Assembly (NCBI GenBank): GCA_022360555.1
Contig: JAKSCQ010000179.1
Location: 1 to 59,644, forward strand
From: Pseudomonadales bacterium
Lineage (GTDB): Bacteria > Pseudomonadota > Gammaproteobacteria > Pseudomonadales > Alcanivoracaceae
Length of the DNA: 59,644 bases
Direction of reading: 5' to 3'
A model generated the notes under the pieces. That model had not been told where the DNA came from and did not search any database. It was given only the letters and a program-made list of their open reading frames with translations. Numbering within the stretch: the first letter of the stretch is position 1; every line of letters begins with the position of its first letter. This document shows positions 9,759-20,580 of this stretch, in pieces. Position numbers and translations under genes: made by a program.

Positions 9759-10901
9759 CTAGTCCTGTTTGACCGCGCCGCTGGCCAGCAGTTTCTCAAT
9801 GTCTTCGCCACTGAAACCGGCATTCTCCAGTACCGCCTTGCTGTCTGCCCCCGCGCTGCTTGCCGGGCGGATCTCGCCGGCGTTGCTGCGGGAGAAGCGT
9901 GGCGTCGGGGCCGGCTGAACCATGTTGCCCACCGTGACAAAGGAACCTCGTGCCACGTTATGCGGGTGTGAAGGCGCCTCTTCAATGCTCAGCACCGGCG
10001 CGAAGCACACATCCGTGCCTTCCATCAGCTCACACCACTCTTCGCGGGTCTTCTGTTTGATGACCGCGGCCAGTTTTTGTTTCAGCTCCGGCCATTTGGC
10101 CGGGTTCATCTGCTGGCCGAAATCTTCGGCGGGCAGCTCTGCGATACGACACAGTTCGGCATAGAACTGGGGTTCGATGCTGCCGATGGAGACATACTTG
10201 CCGTCCGATGTTTCGTAGACCTCGTAGAAATGCGCGCCGGAATCGAGCATGTGGGTGCCACGGTTTTCGCTAAACAGGCCCTGGGCCTTGAGGCCGTAGA
10301 ACATGGCCATCAGGGCGGCGGAACCTTCCACCATGGAGCTGTCCACTACCTGGCCTTCGCCGGAGCGCTGGGCCTCCAGGGCGGCGCAGACCATGCCAAA
10401 GGCCAGCATCATGCCGCCACCGCCGAAGTCGCCCACCAGGTTGAGAGGGATAGCGGGTTTTTCACCCTGGCGTCCCATGGCGTGCAGGGCGCCGGACAGG
10501 GAGATGTAGTTCATGTCATGGCCGGCGGCCTTGGCCAGCGGGCCGGTCTGGCCCCAGCCGGTCATGCGGCCGTAAACCAGCTTGGGGTTGCGTGCCATGC
10601 ATTGTTCCGGGCCGATACCCAGGCGCTCGGCCACGCCGGGGCGGAAACCTTCGAACAGGCCGTCGGCGGTTTCGCAGAGTTTCAGAACGGTTTCGATGCC
10701 TTCCGGGCTTTTCAGGTCCAGGGCCAGGTTCTGGCGATTGCGGAACAGCACGCTGTGGCCGATGGCGGCGTGGGGGTTGCCGCCGGGGCGATCAATACGG
10801 ATTACGGTGGCGCCCATGTCAGCGAGCATCATGCCGCAGAAGGGGCCGGGGCCGATGCCGGCCAGTTCGATAAAAGTCAGTCCGTGCAGTGGGCCTGTCA
10901 T
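9759..10901 (-). CDS. CaiB/BaiF family CoA-transferase (alpha-methylacyl-CoA racemase-like)
   Basis: [32 protein letters not shown]. Confidence 0.9.
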   Translation of the reverse strand: MTGPLHGLTFIELAGIGPGPFCGMMLADMGATVIRIDRPGGNPHAAIGHSVLFRNRQNLALDLKSPEGIETVLKLCETADGLFEGFRPGVAERLGIGPEQCMARNPKLVYGRMTGWGQTGPLAKAAGHDMNYISLSGALHAMGRQGEKPAIPLNLVGDFGGGGMMLAFGMVCAALEAQRSGEGQVVDSSMVEGSAALMAMFYGLKAQGLFSENRGTHMLDSGAHFYEVYETSDGKYVSIGSIEPQFYAELCRIAELPAEDFGQQMNPAKWPELKQKLAAVIKQKTREEWCELMEGTDVCFAPVLSIEEAPSHPHNVARGSFVTVGNMVQPAPTPRFSRSNAGEIRPASSAGADSKAVLENAGFSGEDIEKLLASGAVKQD

Positions 10902-10918
10902 AGTCAGCTATCCATTTA

Positions 10919-11527
10919 TCAAGGAATCAGGTTTTGGTCTCTCAGGGTTTTGCGCAGGGCCGAGCACTGACTCTTGGCAATGGCAACCGAGTTGCTTGCC
11001 TCGTGGGTGGTAGCAATCCCTGTCCAGAGGGGTTTGCCTTCCGCGTTGATCAGCTCCGCGCCGTGTTGGCGCAACGCGTCGGGAATGTCCTCTTTGGCCA
11101 GGTCGCCACCAATCCCGACCTGCCAGGTCGGTTTGGTGTCACCGGCTGTCTGGTCCATGGGGTTGAGCTGATTGCCCGCTGCCGGCGGCGCAGCCGCATC
11201 AATCAGCAGGTGGGTCAGTTCCACCACCAGGATCCGCTGGACATCATTGTCCTGCGCCCAGTCGAGGATGCGTTCTTTTCCGCCCTCGTACCATAACGGT
11301 AATTCCTGATGGCTGAGCAATATGGTCAACGAACTGCTTGAAAATATTTCCCTGCAGGTTAGCTCCCAGGTTTCGCGGATATTGCCTTCCGGGGTATGGG
11401 CCACCAACAGCAGGGTGTCCTGGGGGGGATGAACTCCTTCCGCCGTGAAGCGGGTTGCCACCTGGGTGGTGCTGGCGCAGCCAGCCAGGAAGAGGATGGG
11501 CAGGAGGTGGCGAAGTCGCAGGCGCAT
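10919..11527 (-). CDS. Hypothetical lipoprotein
   Basis: Signal peptide with LAGC lipobox. Confidence 0.7.
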   Translation of the reverse strand: MRLRLRHLLPILFLAGCASTTQVATRFTAEGVHPPQDTLLLVAHTPEGNIRETWELTCREIFSSSSLTILLSHQELPLWYEGGKERILDWAQDNDVQRILVVELTHLLIDAAAPPAAGNQLNPMDQTAGDTKPTWQVGIGGDLAKEDIPDALRQHGAELINAEGKPLWTGIATTHEASNSVAIAKSQCSALRKTLRDQNLIP

Positions 11528-11594
11528 TGGAGGCTCCGGGGCTGAGCGAGTGATCAGAGGACTCAAGTGTAACAGTGGCCCCGGGGTGGCTCAT

Positions 11595-13577
11595 CTACTG
11601 AAGCACAGAAGAGACCACTTTTTCACCGCTTGCGGGATCTCGCAGGGCCAGTCGGCAGTTGTCGGCCTGATCCGGGGCATCTGGATACCAGCGAACCTGG
11701 TATCGATCCTGCCCGTTCCCGGCGGATTCACGATGAATCAACTGGAGCCTTGCCGACTCGTCGGTGGTGTGCACGGTTGCATGGCAGTGAACCGACAGCA
11801 GCGGTTGGTTCAGGGGCAGGGCCTCGGCCGGCGCGGCCAGCAGCGACTGGGCCCAGTAAGGGTCACTGAGGTCATCGCCGGCATGAAAGACAGGGGCGCC
11901 TTCCCAGCGTGGTGTGAATGTCTGGGCCGTCTGCTGGGGAAAATAACGCCGGCTGAGCAGGGAAAACTGCTGACTGGCGGGGATGTCGTTGATCTGCCCC
12001 TGTTCCCAGAGGTCGTTGCTGAGCGTGCTGCTCTGGCCAATCAGGAAATCCAGGGTATGCGGGCCGTAAAGCGTGTGGCCGCCTTCATAGTATTGCAGCG
12101 AATATTCCTCCGGCGTGACGGCATAGCCGAAGTAGCCGTTGGCCAGGCTGGATACTTCTACCTGCCAGTCAGTGCCGGGGGGCAGGGTCCTTTTGACGGC
12201 CTGGCGAATGCGGTTGCCACTTTCCAGGGTGATTTCCCAGGGCAGGGGAACCAGTACCAGATCATTGATGCGGATAATCTGGAACAGGGCCTGGTGCGGA
12301 AAGCGCTCTGCGGGGAGCAGCAGTTGCAGGCGTGACAGCATCCATTGCTTGACGCCCTGGCAGCCGTCGGTAAAGAAACGGCGTGGCCAGCCTTCCTCCA
12401 GAAATGGCAGGTACGACACCGGGAAGACTTCGTCGCCGTTGGCCGCGCCTGCCACCGCCGCGCCGGTGATGGCTCTTTCGCAGAGTCCGAAGCGTCCTGT
12501 ATCAATGTCGTCAAGCAAATCAAGCTGCCGACTTGCCACGGCCGTTTCCAGTTGATCGGTCAATTGCGGTTGTAGCGCCCGGAAAAGCTCGGTGGCCTGC
12601 TGGCCCAGGCCGGTGCCGATTCGGCGGGCCTCCTTGTCGCCGCGAAGGTCGTCATGCCAGGCCGGATTGTTGTCCGCATGGGTGGCCTGGGCCGCGCCAT
12701 GAATAAACCCGGGGTGGCTTTCTGCCATGCTGTCTTCCAGTACCTGACTGATCCAGTGCCAGACATCCGCATGGTAGGGCCGGGTAAAGGGCGGGATGGC
12801 GGTGCCATGGATGGAATAGAGGCTCAGGGCCCCGGCGGGGACAAAGTCCGTACCCTGTTTCTGGTCGATACGCAGCATGGTCATGGTGGGGTTTACCGCC
12901 GCCATGGGGTCCAGATCCCGATCCTGGTCGGGGAAGTTTCTGGCCCAGGCTTCAATCGAGCGGTTACGGGTAAAGCCGTAGATATCCCGCTGACCGATGG
13001 CGAACCGGGCTTGCTTGCGCGAAGCGTGAGCGGCGATGACGGCATCGGCAATTTGCTGGCTGAGAAACTCAAATAGCGCAGGGTCAAAACCGGGGCGGTT
13101 ACTGCCGAACACGTTGTAGAAATCACTGCCCAGATACTGCCCGGGGCCGGAGTGGCTGTGGGTCACCAGCAGTGACAGGGCATGGGCCGGCACGCCGGTT
13201 TGCTCGGCAATCAGTTCGGCAACCCGATGATGCAGCGGCAGTGAACCGCTGCCCAGATCCAGTTGCACGATGGCCACAGGCGTCTGGTTGACGCCTTGCA
13301 AATAGAAGGCACGGGCTTTCAGGCGGGTGCGGAAACCGTCCGCTTCCCGGGCCCAGGCAGAGTAACCGAATTTGGGCATGCCGATTGGCGGGGTGATATC
13401 CCGCTCCGCGATGCCGGCCATGGCGGTGTCAGCGGACTCGGGCGTTGCCGGTTGCGGCAGTGTCAGCGTGAGAGTCTGTCGTGGATAAAAGAGAAAAGGC
13501 CAAGCGGTATGCAGCAGTGCTGCGATCACCACGAAAAGCAGTGCCGCGAGGGTATAGCGGGTTTTACGCAGTCGCAT
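11595..13577 (-). CDS. Neutral/alkaline ceramidase family protein
   Basis: THSHSGPG, IHGT, ANGYFGY, YEGGHTLYG; N-terminal TM/signal. Confidence 0.85.
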   Translation of the reverse strand: MRLRKTRYTLAALLFVVIAALLHTAWPFLFYPRQTLTLTLPQPATPESADTAMAGIAERDITPPIGMPKFGYSAWAREADGFRTRLKARAFYLQGVNQTPVAIVQLDLGSGSLPLHHRVAELIAEQTGVPAHALSLLVTHSHSGPGQYLGSDFYNVFGSNRPGFDPALFEFLSQQIADAVIAAHASRKQARFAIGQRDIYGFTRNRSIEAWARNFPDQDRDLDPMAAVNPTMTMLRIDQKQGTDFVPAGALSLYSIHGTAIPPFTRPYHADVWHWISQVLEDSMAESHPGFIHGAAQATHADNNPAWHDDLRGDKEARRIGTGLGQQATELFRALQPQLTDQLETAVASRQLDLLDDIDTGRFGLCERAITGAAVAGAANGDEVFPVSYLPFLEEGWPRRFFTDGCQGVKQWMLSRLQLLLPAERFPHQALFQIIRINDLVLVPLPWEITLESGNRIRQAVKRTLPPGTDWQVEVSSLANGYFGYAVTPEEYSLQYYEGGHTLYGPHTLDFLIGQSSTLSNDLWEQGQINDIPASQQFSLLSRRYFPQQTAQTFTPRWEGAPVFHAGDDLSDPYWAQSLLAAPAEALPLNQPLLSVHCHATVHTTDESARLQLIHRESAGNGQDRYQVRWYPDAPDQADNCRLALRDPASGEKVVSSVLQ

Positions 13578-13827
13578 TGTCGCCAGATACCCTGTTGTTA
13601 TTAGTCTGCACCAAGGTACCAGAACGGTGGAGGGGCGCACAAGAATAGCACCGTGAGAAGCAAAAACAGGTCTGCGTATACGAAAAGAAACGCGCAGAAA
13701 CAAAAGTGATCATCCGGGCTGTCTTTTCAACATTAAAGCAACGGAAACGCACCGTATGCGTATTTTTTTTTCATGCCCCGCCTATTCCAATGATTGCACT
13801 GTTCATTCATACCCAAGGGGGGTAGTC

Positions 13828-14925
13828 ATGAAAGGATACATTCGTATTTCGGCTCTGGCGGTTGGTGTTGCACTCGCAACACAGGCAACCGCTGATGAGG
13901 AAAAAACGGTGACGTCGAGTACGCCACAGTACCTGGCGCCAATGGCCACGTATCTCGTGCTCGATGAAGACAGGGATATGTCACGCAATGGACTGGGTGC
14001 CAGCCTGATCTATGGTCGTAACCTCTCCGGCAACTGGTGGTGGGAAACGGAAGGCGCGGGCTACGGCCTGGATTCCGGTGTCGAGGGCGCGCCCGACTTC
14101 TATCAGTACGCCATCAGCACCGGTGTTGCCTATGCCTTTGGTGACCGTGAAGGGTTCACGCCTTTCGTGTTGGCTAACATCGGTGGCATCTACAACGATG
14201 TGATCCCGGACGATGACGACGCCTTTGATCTGCACGCCAATGTAGGCCTGGGCGCGGTAACCGGCCCGATTTTCGATAACGGCCTGAAGCTGCGTGCTGA
14301 AGCCCGTTATATGTATGACGATTTCGATGGTGTCACAGGTACGACCTCGGAAGGTGAGGGCGGTTTCAACGATTGGCGTTTCTCCCTGGGTCTGGAAATC
14401 CCGCTGGGTGTGACCAAGGTGGTTGAAGTGGAGAAAGTCGTCTACGAAACCAAGGAAGTGGAGAAGATTGTCGAGGTGGCCGCCACCGATACCGATGGCG
14501 ACGGCATCCCCGATGACCGCGACAAGTGCCCCAATACCCTGCCTGGTGGCAAGGTGGATGGCGATGGCTGCCTGCTCAAAAACCAGACCATCACCTTCAA
14601 CAACATCGGCTTCGAGCTGGATTCCGCCAAGATTACCGCGTCTTCCCGCCCGACTCTGGAGCGCATGGCGAATTCCCTGAAAGCCCAGACTGATTTCAAT
14701 GTGGAAATTGCCGGTCATACCGACAGTACCGGTAGTGCTGCCTATAACGAGCAGCTGTCCGACAAGCGTGCTGCCTCAGTGCGTCAGTACCTGATTGATC
14801 AAGGTGTTGCCGCAGACCGATTGACCGCCCGTGGTTACGGTGAGGTTGATCCCATTGCCAGTAACGAAACGGCTTCCGGGCGTGCCATGAACCGCCGCGT
14901 GGAATTCCGTGTCAGCGAGCAGTAG
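13828..14925 (+). CDS. OmpA family outer-membrane protein (OprF-like)
   Basis: Signal peptide, beta-barrel, DxDGDG linker, OmpA C-terminal domain GHTDSTG...NRRVE. Confidence 0.92.
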   Translation: MKGYIRISALAVGVALATQATADEEKTVTSSTPQYLAPMATYLVLDEDRDMSRNGLGASLIYGRNLSGNWWWETEGAGYGLDSGVEGAPDFYQYAISTGVAYAFGDREGFTPFVLANIGGIYNDVIPDDDDAFDLHANVGLGAVTGPIFDNGLKLRAEARYMYDDFDGVTGTTSEGEGGFNDWRFSLGLEIPLGVTKVVEVEKVVYETKEVEKIVEVAATDTDGDGIPDDRDKCPNTLPGGKVDGDGCLLKNQTITFNNIGFELDSAKITASSRPTLERMANSLKAQTDFNVEIAGHTDSTGSAAYNEQLSDKRAASVRQYLIDQGVAADRLTARGYGEVDPIASNETASGRAMNRRVEFRVSEQ

Positions 14926-14935
14926 GAGAGCAATC

Positions 14936-16156
14936 ATGAATACGAGTATGAAACCCCTGTTTGTCATCCTGCTGGCCGCTGTACTGGGGCTGGGGATGGC
15001 CGGTTGCGAAGCCGATGGTGATGGTGCCTCCGTCAACAATCCGGGGTCGCGGATCTCGGATCAGGACGATGATGGTGTGCCTGATGACGAGGATAATTGT
15101 CCCACTGTTCCCAATTCGGATCAGAGTGATATCGATGGCGACGGCATTGGTGATGCCTGCGAAGACGACACCGATGACGATGGCATTCCCGACGACGAGG
15201 ATAACTGCCCGTTAGTGCCGAACCCGGATCAGACCGACAGCAATGGCGATGGTGTTGGCGATGCCTGCACCGATGACGAAGATGATGACGGTGTGCCTGA
15301 TGATACGGATAACTGTCCGCTCATTCCCAACCCGGATCAGGAAGATACCGATGGCGATGGTATCGGTGATGCCTGTGACAACTGTCCGCTAGTGGCCAAC
15401 CCCGACCAGGCTGACGCTGACGGCAACACTATCGGCGACGTCTGTGAAGATGATGAAGACGGCGACGGTATCCCGGATGACGAGGATAACTGTCCGCGGA
15501 CTGCCAACCCGGATCAGGCCGATACGGATGCCGATGGCGTCGGGGATGTGTGCGATAACTGCCCCAACACGGCCAACGCGGACCAGGCCGATTCCGATGA
15601 AGATGGCATGGGCGATGTCTGTGATACCGATGGTTTCACCTGCACCTCAGGTAGCCCCTTCGAGCCGCTGACCGCCGCCAACTACACCGCGACCTCTTCC
15701 ACTGGTGGGCTGTGTATTGGCTGCAGCGTGCTTTCCCCGGAGCTGGTGCTGGATGAAAACAACGCCACCTTTGCGGAAATGTATCTGCCGCTGGGTGTGG
15801 CCGGTAATGCCCGCATCACCGCCACCGAAAATACCAATGCCAACTTCTCCGGCATGGTGAATGTCGGCTTTGTTACCAGTAACCCGGATACCGGTCTGTT
15901 GGACCTGAGTTTGCTGGGCGATTTCCTGACCCTGCGTCTGTATGACGAGGGCGTGGAAGTGGACAGCTTCACCGTGGGTGGTGGCCTGTTGAGTCTGGAC
16001 GTGGCTGGCCTGCTAGGTAGCCCGGAGCAGACCTTTGTCGGCGTGGAAGTGGATGCCGATGCCACCAGCTTCGATGCGGTTGCACTAGAGTTTGGTGGGC
16101 TGCTGGCGGCCGACACCGAGCTGCGAATCCATGATACTTGCGTGAAGACGCTGTAA
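14936..16156 (+). CDS. Thrombospondin type-3 repeat lipoprotein
   Basis: MAGC lipobox; many DNCP..NPDQ.D.DGDG.GD.C Ca-binding repeats. Confidence 0.85.
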   Translation: MNTSMKPLFVILLAAVLGLGMAGCEADGDGASVNNPGSRISDQDDDGVPDDEDNCPTVPNSDQSDIDGDGIGDACEDDTDDDGIPDDEDNCPLVPNPDQTDSNGDGVGDACTDDEDDDGVPDDTDNCPLIPNPDQEDTDGDGIGDACDNCPLVANPDQADADGNTIGDVCEDDEDGDGIPDDEDNCPRTANPDQADTDADGVGDVCDNCPNTANADQADSDEDGMGDVCDTDGFTCTSGSPFEPLTAANYTATSSTGGLCIGCSVLSPELVLDENNATFAEMYLPLGVAGNARITATENTNANFSGMVNVGFVTSNPDTGLLDLSLLGDFLTLRLYDEGVEVDSFTVGGGLLSLDVAGLLGSPEQTFVGVEVDADATSFDAVALEFGGLLAADTELRIHDTCVKTL

Positions 16157-16180
16157 CTCCCTCAAGCAACACTCCTGTTC

Positions 16181-16207
16181 AAGGGGCCCTGTCGGGCCCC
16201 TTTTTTT
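16181..16207 (+). terminator. Rho-independent terminator
   Basis: GGGGCCC-tgtc-GGGCCCC followed by a T run. Confidence 0.85.
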
Positions 16208-16321
16208 CGTCCTGTGACCGGTTTTTTTGCACTTCTGTACAGATAAAGGTATCGCCGGGGGTGAATACAGCCGTTACCCTATGACGACATAATGATGACA
16301 AGCGTCAAAAAGGGGGGGGCC

Positions 16322-18406
16322 ATGCGGATAGGCATAATGTTCCTGATGTGTCTGTTGTATTCGCTGCTGATCGGCTGCAGTGAACCAGACCCGGGTGTCG
16401 GAGAAGTTGTCAGCACCTTCGAGAATTACCAGGAGACCGGCGACCTGCCGGCCCTGCGCGAACGGGGATTTATCCGCCTGCTGGCCCCGCGCTTCGATCA
16501 ACCATCCGGCTTGCCCCGCGATGGCATTCCCACCAGTGAGTACCAGATTCAGGCAGAGGCCTTTGTGCGCCATCTGGGCCTGGAGCCCCGCTGGGTGTAC
16601 GCGGACAACTACGGTGAGCTTTCGGGGCTGATCAACAGCGGCATGGCTGACATCATCGTCACCAACTTCTCGGTGACCCGGGAACGGCAGAAGACCCTGG
16701 CGTTTTCCACCCCGGTCAATGCAGTTCAGGAGCATCTGGTCGTGCCGGCGGAGCTGGCGGGCACCCCGCTGACGGAAATGGGGCCGCTGACCATCTCAGT
16801 GCCGGAAGGGACCTCTTACCAGGAAACGGCCAGCAAGCTGGCCAGCCGGCACGAACATGTCGATATTGAAATCATTGATGGCGATCTTTCCGACGAGGAA
16901 CTGGTGGAAGCGGTGGAATCGGGAGAACTGGCGGCCACCATCGTTGACAACAATATGCTCGATAACCTGATTACCCCGGACAGTCAGGTGGCAGAGGGGC
17001 CGGTGGTCAACCGCAAACGACGCATTGCCTGGGCCGTTCGCAAGGACAGCACGGCGCTGCTGGACGAGATCAATCAGTACATCACCAGTGAGCGTGTCAT
17101 CACCTCGGTAGACACCCATGACAGGCGCGACTGGGCCACTATCAAAAAGAAGGGGGTGCTGCGCGTCATTACCTCCAATAACCCGGCCAGCTATTTCATC
17201 TGGCGGGGCGAACTCATGGGGTTCGACTACGACCTCATGAAAAACTTTGCCAAGAAGCACCGTCTGCGGGTGAGTGTGGTCGTTCGGGAAACCCCGTCCC
17301 AGATGTTCGAGGCCCTGCAGGCCGGCGAAGGGGATCTGATCGCGGCTTCCATGACGATTACTGAAGACCGCAAGGCCCAGGGCTGGCTTTTCAGTGACCG
17401 TTACCTGGAGGTTAACGAACAACTGATTGGGCGTGCCGACGATACCCCCCTGGCAAGCCTGGACAAGCTGGCCGGCCGCAGCGTGGCGGTCAACCCGGAG
17501 ACGGCCTACCACGATACCCTTAAAGCCCTGCAGCAGGGCGGGCTGGAGGTCTCCATCGTGGAAGTGGAAGGCGCCAGTACCGAAATGCTGATCGAGGGCG
17601 TGGCAAAGGGGGACTACGACCTGACCATGGCCGACAGCCACCTGGCGGCCATGGAGTCCACCTACCGGGATGACATTGCCGTGCTGTATCAGTTTGAACC
17701 GGCCAAGGAAATCGCCTGGGGGCTGCGTCAGGAGCAGAGTGGGCTGCAAGAGGCGCTCAATCAATACATCGCGCGCCAGTACCGGGGGCTCTACTACAAC
17801 ATCACCTACAACCGCTATTTCAAGGAAAAGAAAACCATCGCCACCCACGAGGCCTACCGGGTGGAAGCCGGCAAGGCCATTTCCCCCTACGATGACCTGG
17901 TCAAGAAGGAGTCCCTGAAATACGGTCTGGACTGGCGTCTGATTACCTCGCAGATGTATCAGGAAAGCCGTTTCAATCCCAAGGCCCGTTCTTTTGCCGG
18001 CGCCCAGGGCCTGTTGCAGGTGATGCCCCGTACCGGTCGGCAGTTCGGTTACACCAACCTGACCAAACCGGAAAACGGTGTGGCTGCCGGCCTGGCGTAC
18101 CTGGACTGGCTGGAGCAGCGTTTCCCGGCCCGCCTGGATCTGGCGGAAAAGCTCTATTTCACCCTGGCGGCCTACAATGCCGGCCATGGCCATGTGGAAG
18201 ATGCTCGCCGGTTGGCCCAGCGTCTGGGTAAGGACCCGGACAAGTGGTTCGGCCATGTGGAAGACGCCATGTTGCTACTGGCCAAACCACAATATGCCCG
18301 CCAGGCTCGTTATGGCTATGTCCGTGGTTCCGAGCCGGTGAAATACGTCCGGGAGATCAAAAATCGCTATCTGGGCTATGTGGCCGCGCTGCAGGAGCAG
18401 GGTTAA
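16322..18406 (+). CDS. mltF: Membrane-bound lytic murein transglycosylase F-like (two SBP domains + SLT)
   Basis: Lipobox, two substrate-binding-like domains, YQESRF, GLLQVMP, AAYNAG. Confidence 0.8.
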   Translation: MRIGIMFLMCLLYSLLIGCSEPDPGVGEVVSTFENYQETGDLPALRERGFIRLLAPRFDQPSGLPRDGIPTSEYQIQAEAFVRHLGLEPRWVYADNYGELSGLINSGMADIIVTNFSVTRERQKTLAFSTPVNAVQEHLVVPAELAGTPLTEMGPLTISVPEGTSYQETASKLASRHEHVDIEIIDGDLSDEELVEAVESGELAATIVDNNMLDNLITPDSQVAEGPVVNRKRRIAWAVRKDSTALLDEINQYITSERVITSVDTHDRRDWATIKKKGVLRVITSNNPASYFIWRGELMGFDYDLMKNFAKKHRLRVSVVVRETPSQMFEALQAGEGDLIAASMTITEDRKAQGWLFSDRYLEVNEQLIGRADDTPLASLDKLAGRSVAVNPETAYHDTLKALQQGGLEVSIVEVEGASTEMLIEGVAKGDYDLTMADSHLAAMESTYRDDIAVLYQFEPAKEIAWGLRQEQSGLQEALNQYIARQYRGLYYNITYNRYFKEKKTIATHEAYRVEAGKAISPYDDLVKKESLKYGLDWRLITSQMYQESRFNPKARSFAGAQGLLQVMPRTGRQFGYTNLTKPENGVAAGLAYLDWLEQRFPARLDLAEKLYFTLAAYNAGHGHVEDARRLAQRLGKDPDKWFGHVEDAMLLLAKPQYARQARYGYVRGSEPVKYVREIKNRYLGYVAALQEQG

Positions 18407-18485
18407 CAAGGATTTTACAAAGTGGTCATGGAAACGCCGGTTAAGGCCCCCATGGTTAGGAGTACCCACTTATTGAAAGGAGTAT

Positions 18486-18776
18486 GTGATGGATCGCAAT
18501 GCTTTCATCGAGAAGATCAAGGGCAAACTGGATGAGCTGGATAACGAGTTCGACCAGCTTCAGGTCAAGGCCGACAAGGCCAGTGAAGATGTACGCCACC
18601 AGTGGGAAAGCCGCAAGCTGGAACTGAAGGAAAAGCGTCAGGAGCTGGCGGCACGGCTGGATGAGGTCCGCAACGACAGTAGTGCCCGCTGGGAAGACGT
18701 CAAAGCCAGCGTGGAAAAAACCTGGGACAGCACCCTGGAAGGGCTGAAGGACATCAAGAACAGCCTGTTCAAGTAA
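18486..18776 (+). CDS. Small coiled-coil hypothetical protein
   Basis: AAGGAG RBS; heptad-rich sequence. Confidence 0.75.
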   Translation: MMDRNAFIEKIKGKLDELDNEFDQLQVKADKASEDVRHQWESRKLELKEKRQELAARLDEVRNDSSARWEDVKASVEKTWDSTLEGLKDIKNSLFK

Positions 18777-18849
18777 CTCCCCCAGAAGCGGAGTAGGGCG
18801 GAAATGCCCGTCAGGGCATCTCCGCCTCCACCTCAGACGCTATCAACCA

Positions 18850-19803
18850 TCAGTCACGGTCGGCTGTGACCAGCCGGCCCGCCTGCAGATCCGACAGCCA
18901 TTCCCCAATGGCCTGATGCACCTCATCACGGCAGGCATCGTTGAGAATTTCATGGCGCCCGTTCGGCCAGAAGTGGGCTCGGGTGGGTTGTTCCATGGCA
19001 TGCAGCACTGCCTCCAGTGCCATCATGCCCTTCCCTTGATTGCTGACTGGATCCTGCTCCCCGGCCAGCAGCAGAACCGGCAGATCATCGGGCAATTCGG
19101 ACAGTTGCGCGACACTGTGCGTGCGGCGCAGGCCCGCCACCAGTTGATGCCAGGTTTCGGTGGTGCAGTCGAAACCGCACAGCGCATCATTTCGGTACTT
19201 TTCCACTTCCTCGGTGTCCGTACTCAGCCAGTCGAACTCCGTGCGGGGTGTCGGTATGGTTTTGGCCCAGGCACCGAAAGTCAGATTGCGAATCAATGGG
19301 CTGATGCCACGCTTGCCATTACGATAGCGGGCAAGACTGATCGGCACCTGCATCATCCTGTAATAGCTCCCGGGGTGATAATCGCTGCCACACAACATCA
19401 GCCCATCCAGTTGATCACCGAGCTGCTCCGCAACGGCCAGCGCGATCAGCGACCCCATACTGTGCCCACCAAGCACACAGGGCATGCCGGGGTGAAATTG
19501 CCTGGCTCGCTCGATCACTGCCTGGGTATCCGCAAGTACCCTGGACCAGCCATCGTGATCACCAAAATGGCCTTTCGGGCATTCCTCGCTGATACTGCCG
19601 CCATGACCCCGATGGTCCGGGCAGTAGAGGTGCCAGCCGTTGGTATTCAGATAGGTGGCGAGAGGGGCATAGCGAGCACCGTGCTCGGCCATGCCGTGCA
19701 GCCAGATGACAACCCCCCTGGCGGTCTGCGGATCGGCAGGCCAATGGTGCACGGTAATGGTGTGGCCGTCGTCCGTGGTGTGATGAATCCGTTCTTCCGT
19801 CAT
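18850..19803 (-). CDS. Alpha/beta hydrolase (lysophospholipase family)
   Basis: HGMAEH, DHRGHG, GHSMG nucleophile motif, RHEILN. Confidence 0.9.
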   Translation of the reverse strand: MTEERIHHTTDDGHTITVHHWPADPQTARGVVIWLHGMAEHGARYAPLATYLNTNGWHLYCPDHRGHGGSISEECPKGHFGDHDGWSRVLADTQAVIERARQFHPGMPCVLGGHSMGSLIALAVAEQLGDQLDGLMLCGSDYHPGSYYRMMQVPISLARYRNGKRGISPLIRNLTFGAWAKTIPTPRTEFDWLSTDTEEVEKYRNDALCGFDCTTETWHQLVAGLRRTHSVAQLSELPDDLPVLLLAGEQDPVSNQGKGMMALEAVLHAMEQPTRAHFWPNGRHEILNDACRDEVHQAIGEWLSDLQAGRLVTADRD

Positions 19804-19870
19804 AATGGTCTTCCGGCACGCGCCCCGGCTGCGCCGGCCGGGGAAATCAAGAATCTCAAGAGGAAGCGAG

Positions 19871-20509
19871 ATGATAGCAAGAATAACAGGAAGACTGCTG
19901 ACGTTTATGGTTGTGGGTTGGCTGGTGGCATGCTCCAGCACGCATAACACCCAGGTCACCAGTTCTGCCCGCGTAAAGGGGCACGAGCAGGGTGATCATG
20001 TGAACAAGGTACTGGTTATCGCCCTGGTGGATGACGCGGCGATCCGCAACGCCCTGGAGGCCCGGGTAGTCACCGAGCTGGAAGGTCGCAAGGTGGAAGC
20101 TGCAGCGTCATTGCCCGTACTGGGCGAGAACTATGGCGAGGGCAAGGACCACAAGCAAATGGCGGCTGACATTGCCAGCCGGGGCTATGAGTCCGCGCTG
20201 GTGATCAGTCTCATCAATGTGAAAGAGGAAATGCACTACACCCAGGGCGGCACCAACTACGCCCCGGACATCGCCGTTCAGGGCGGCTTTGGCCAGACCT
20301 ACTACGTGCGCCAGAATGCGGTCTATGAACCGGGCTACTTCAGCAATGAGAAGAAGTATTTCCTGGAGTCGAATCTGTACCGCCTGCAACCGGAAACGCT
20401 ACTATGGTCGGCCAAATCCACCACCGTGAACCCGGCGGACCTGGAAGCGGGCACCGCCGGCGTAGCCGAAGCCGTGGTGGAGCGCATGGCCGGGGATGAC
20501 ATGATCTGA
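19871..20509 (+). CDS. Hypothetical lipoprotein
   Basis: LVAC lipobox; host-like codon usage. Confidence 0.75.
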   Translation: MIARITGRLLTFMVVGWLVACSSTHNTQVTSSARVKGHEQGDHVNKVLVIALVDDAAIRNALEARVVTELEGRKVEAAASLPVLGENYGEGKDHKQMAADIASRGYESALVISLINVKEEMHYTQGGTNYAPDIAVQGGFGQTYYVRQNAVYEPGYFSNEKKYFLESNLYRLQPETLLWSAKSTTVNPADLEAGTAGVAEAVVERMAGDDMI

Positions 20510-20528
20510 TCGCCAATCATGCATCACC

Positions 20529-20554
20529 AACCGGGGGCCATCGCCCCCGGTTTT
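20529..20554 (+). terminator. Probable rho-independent terminator
   Basis: AACCGGGGGC-catc-GCCCCCGGTT-TT. Confidence 0.65.
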
Positions 20555-20580
20555 CGTTTGAAACACTGTCAGGAGTACCC

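Noticed and set aside
15060-15630. DNA repeats inside the TSP3 gene as a mobile or variable repeat
   Set aside because: Degenerate at synonymous positions; explained by protein repeats.
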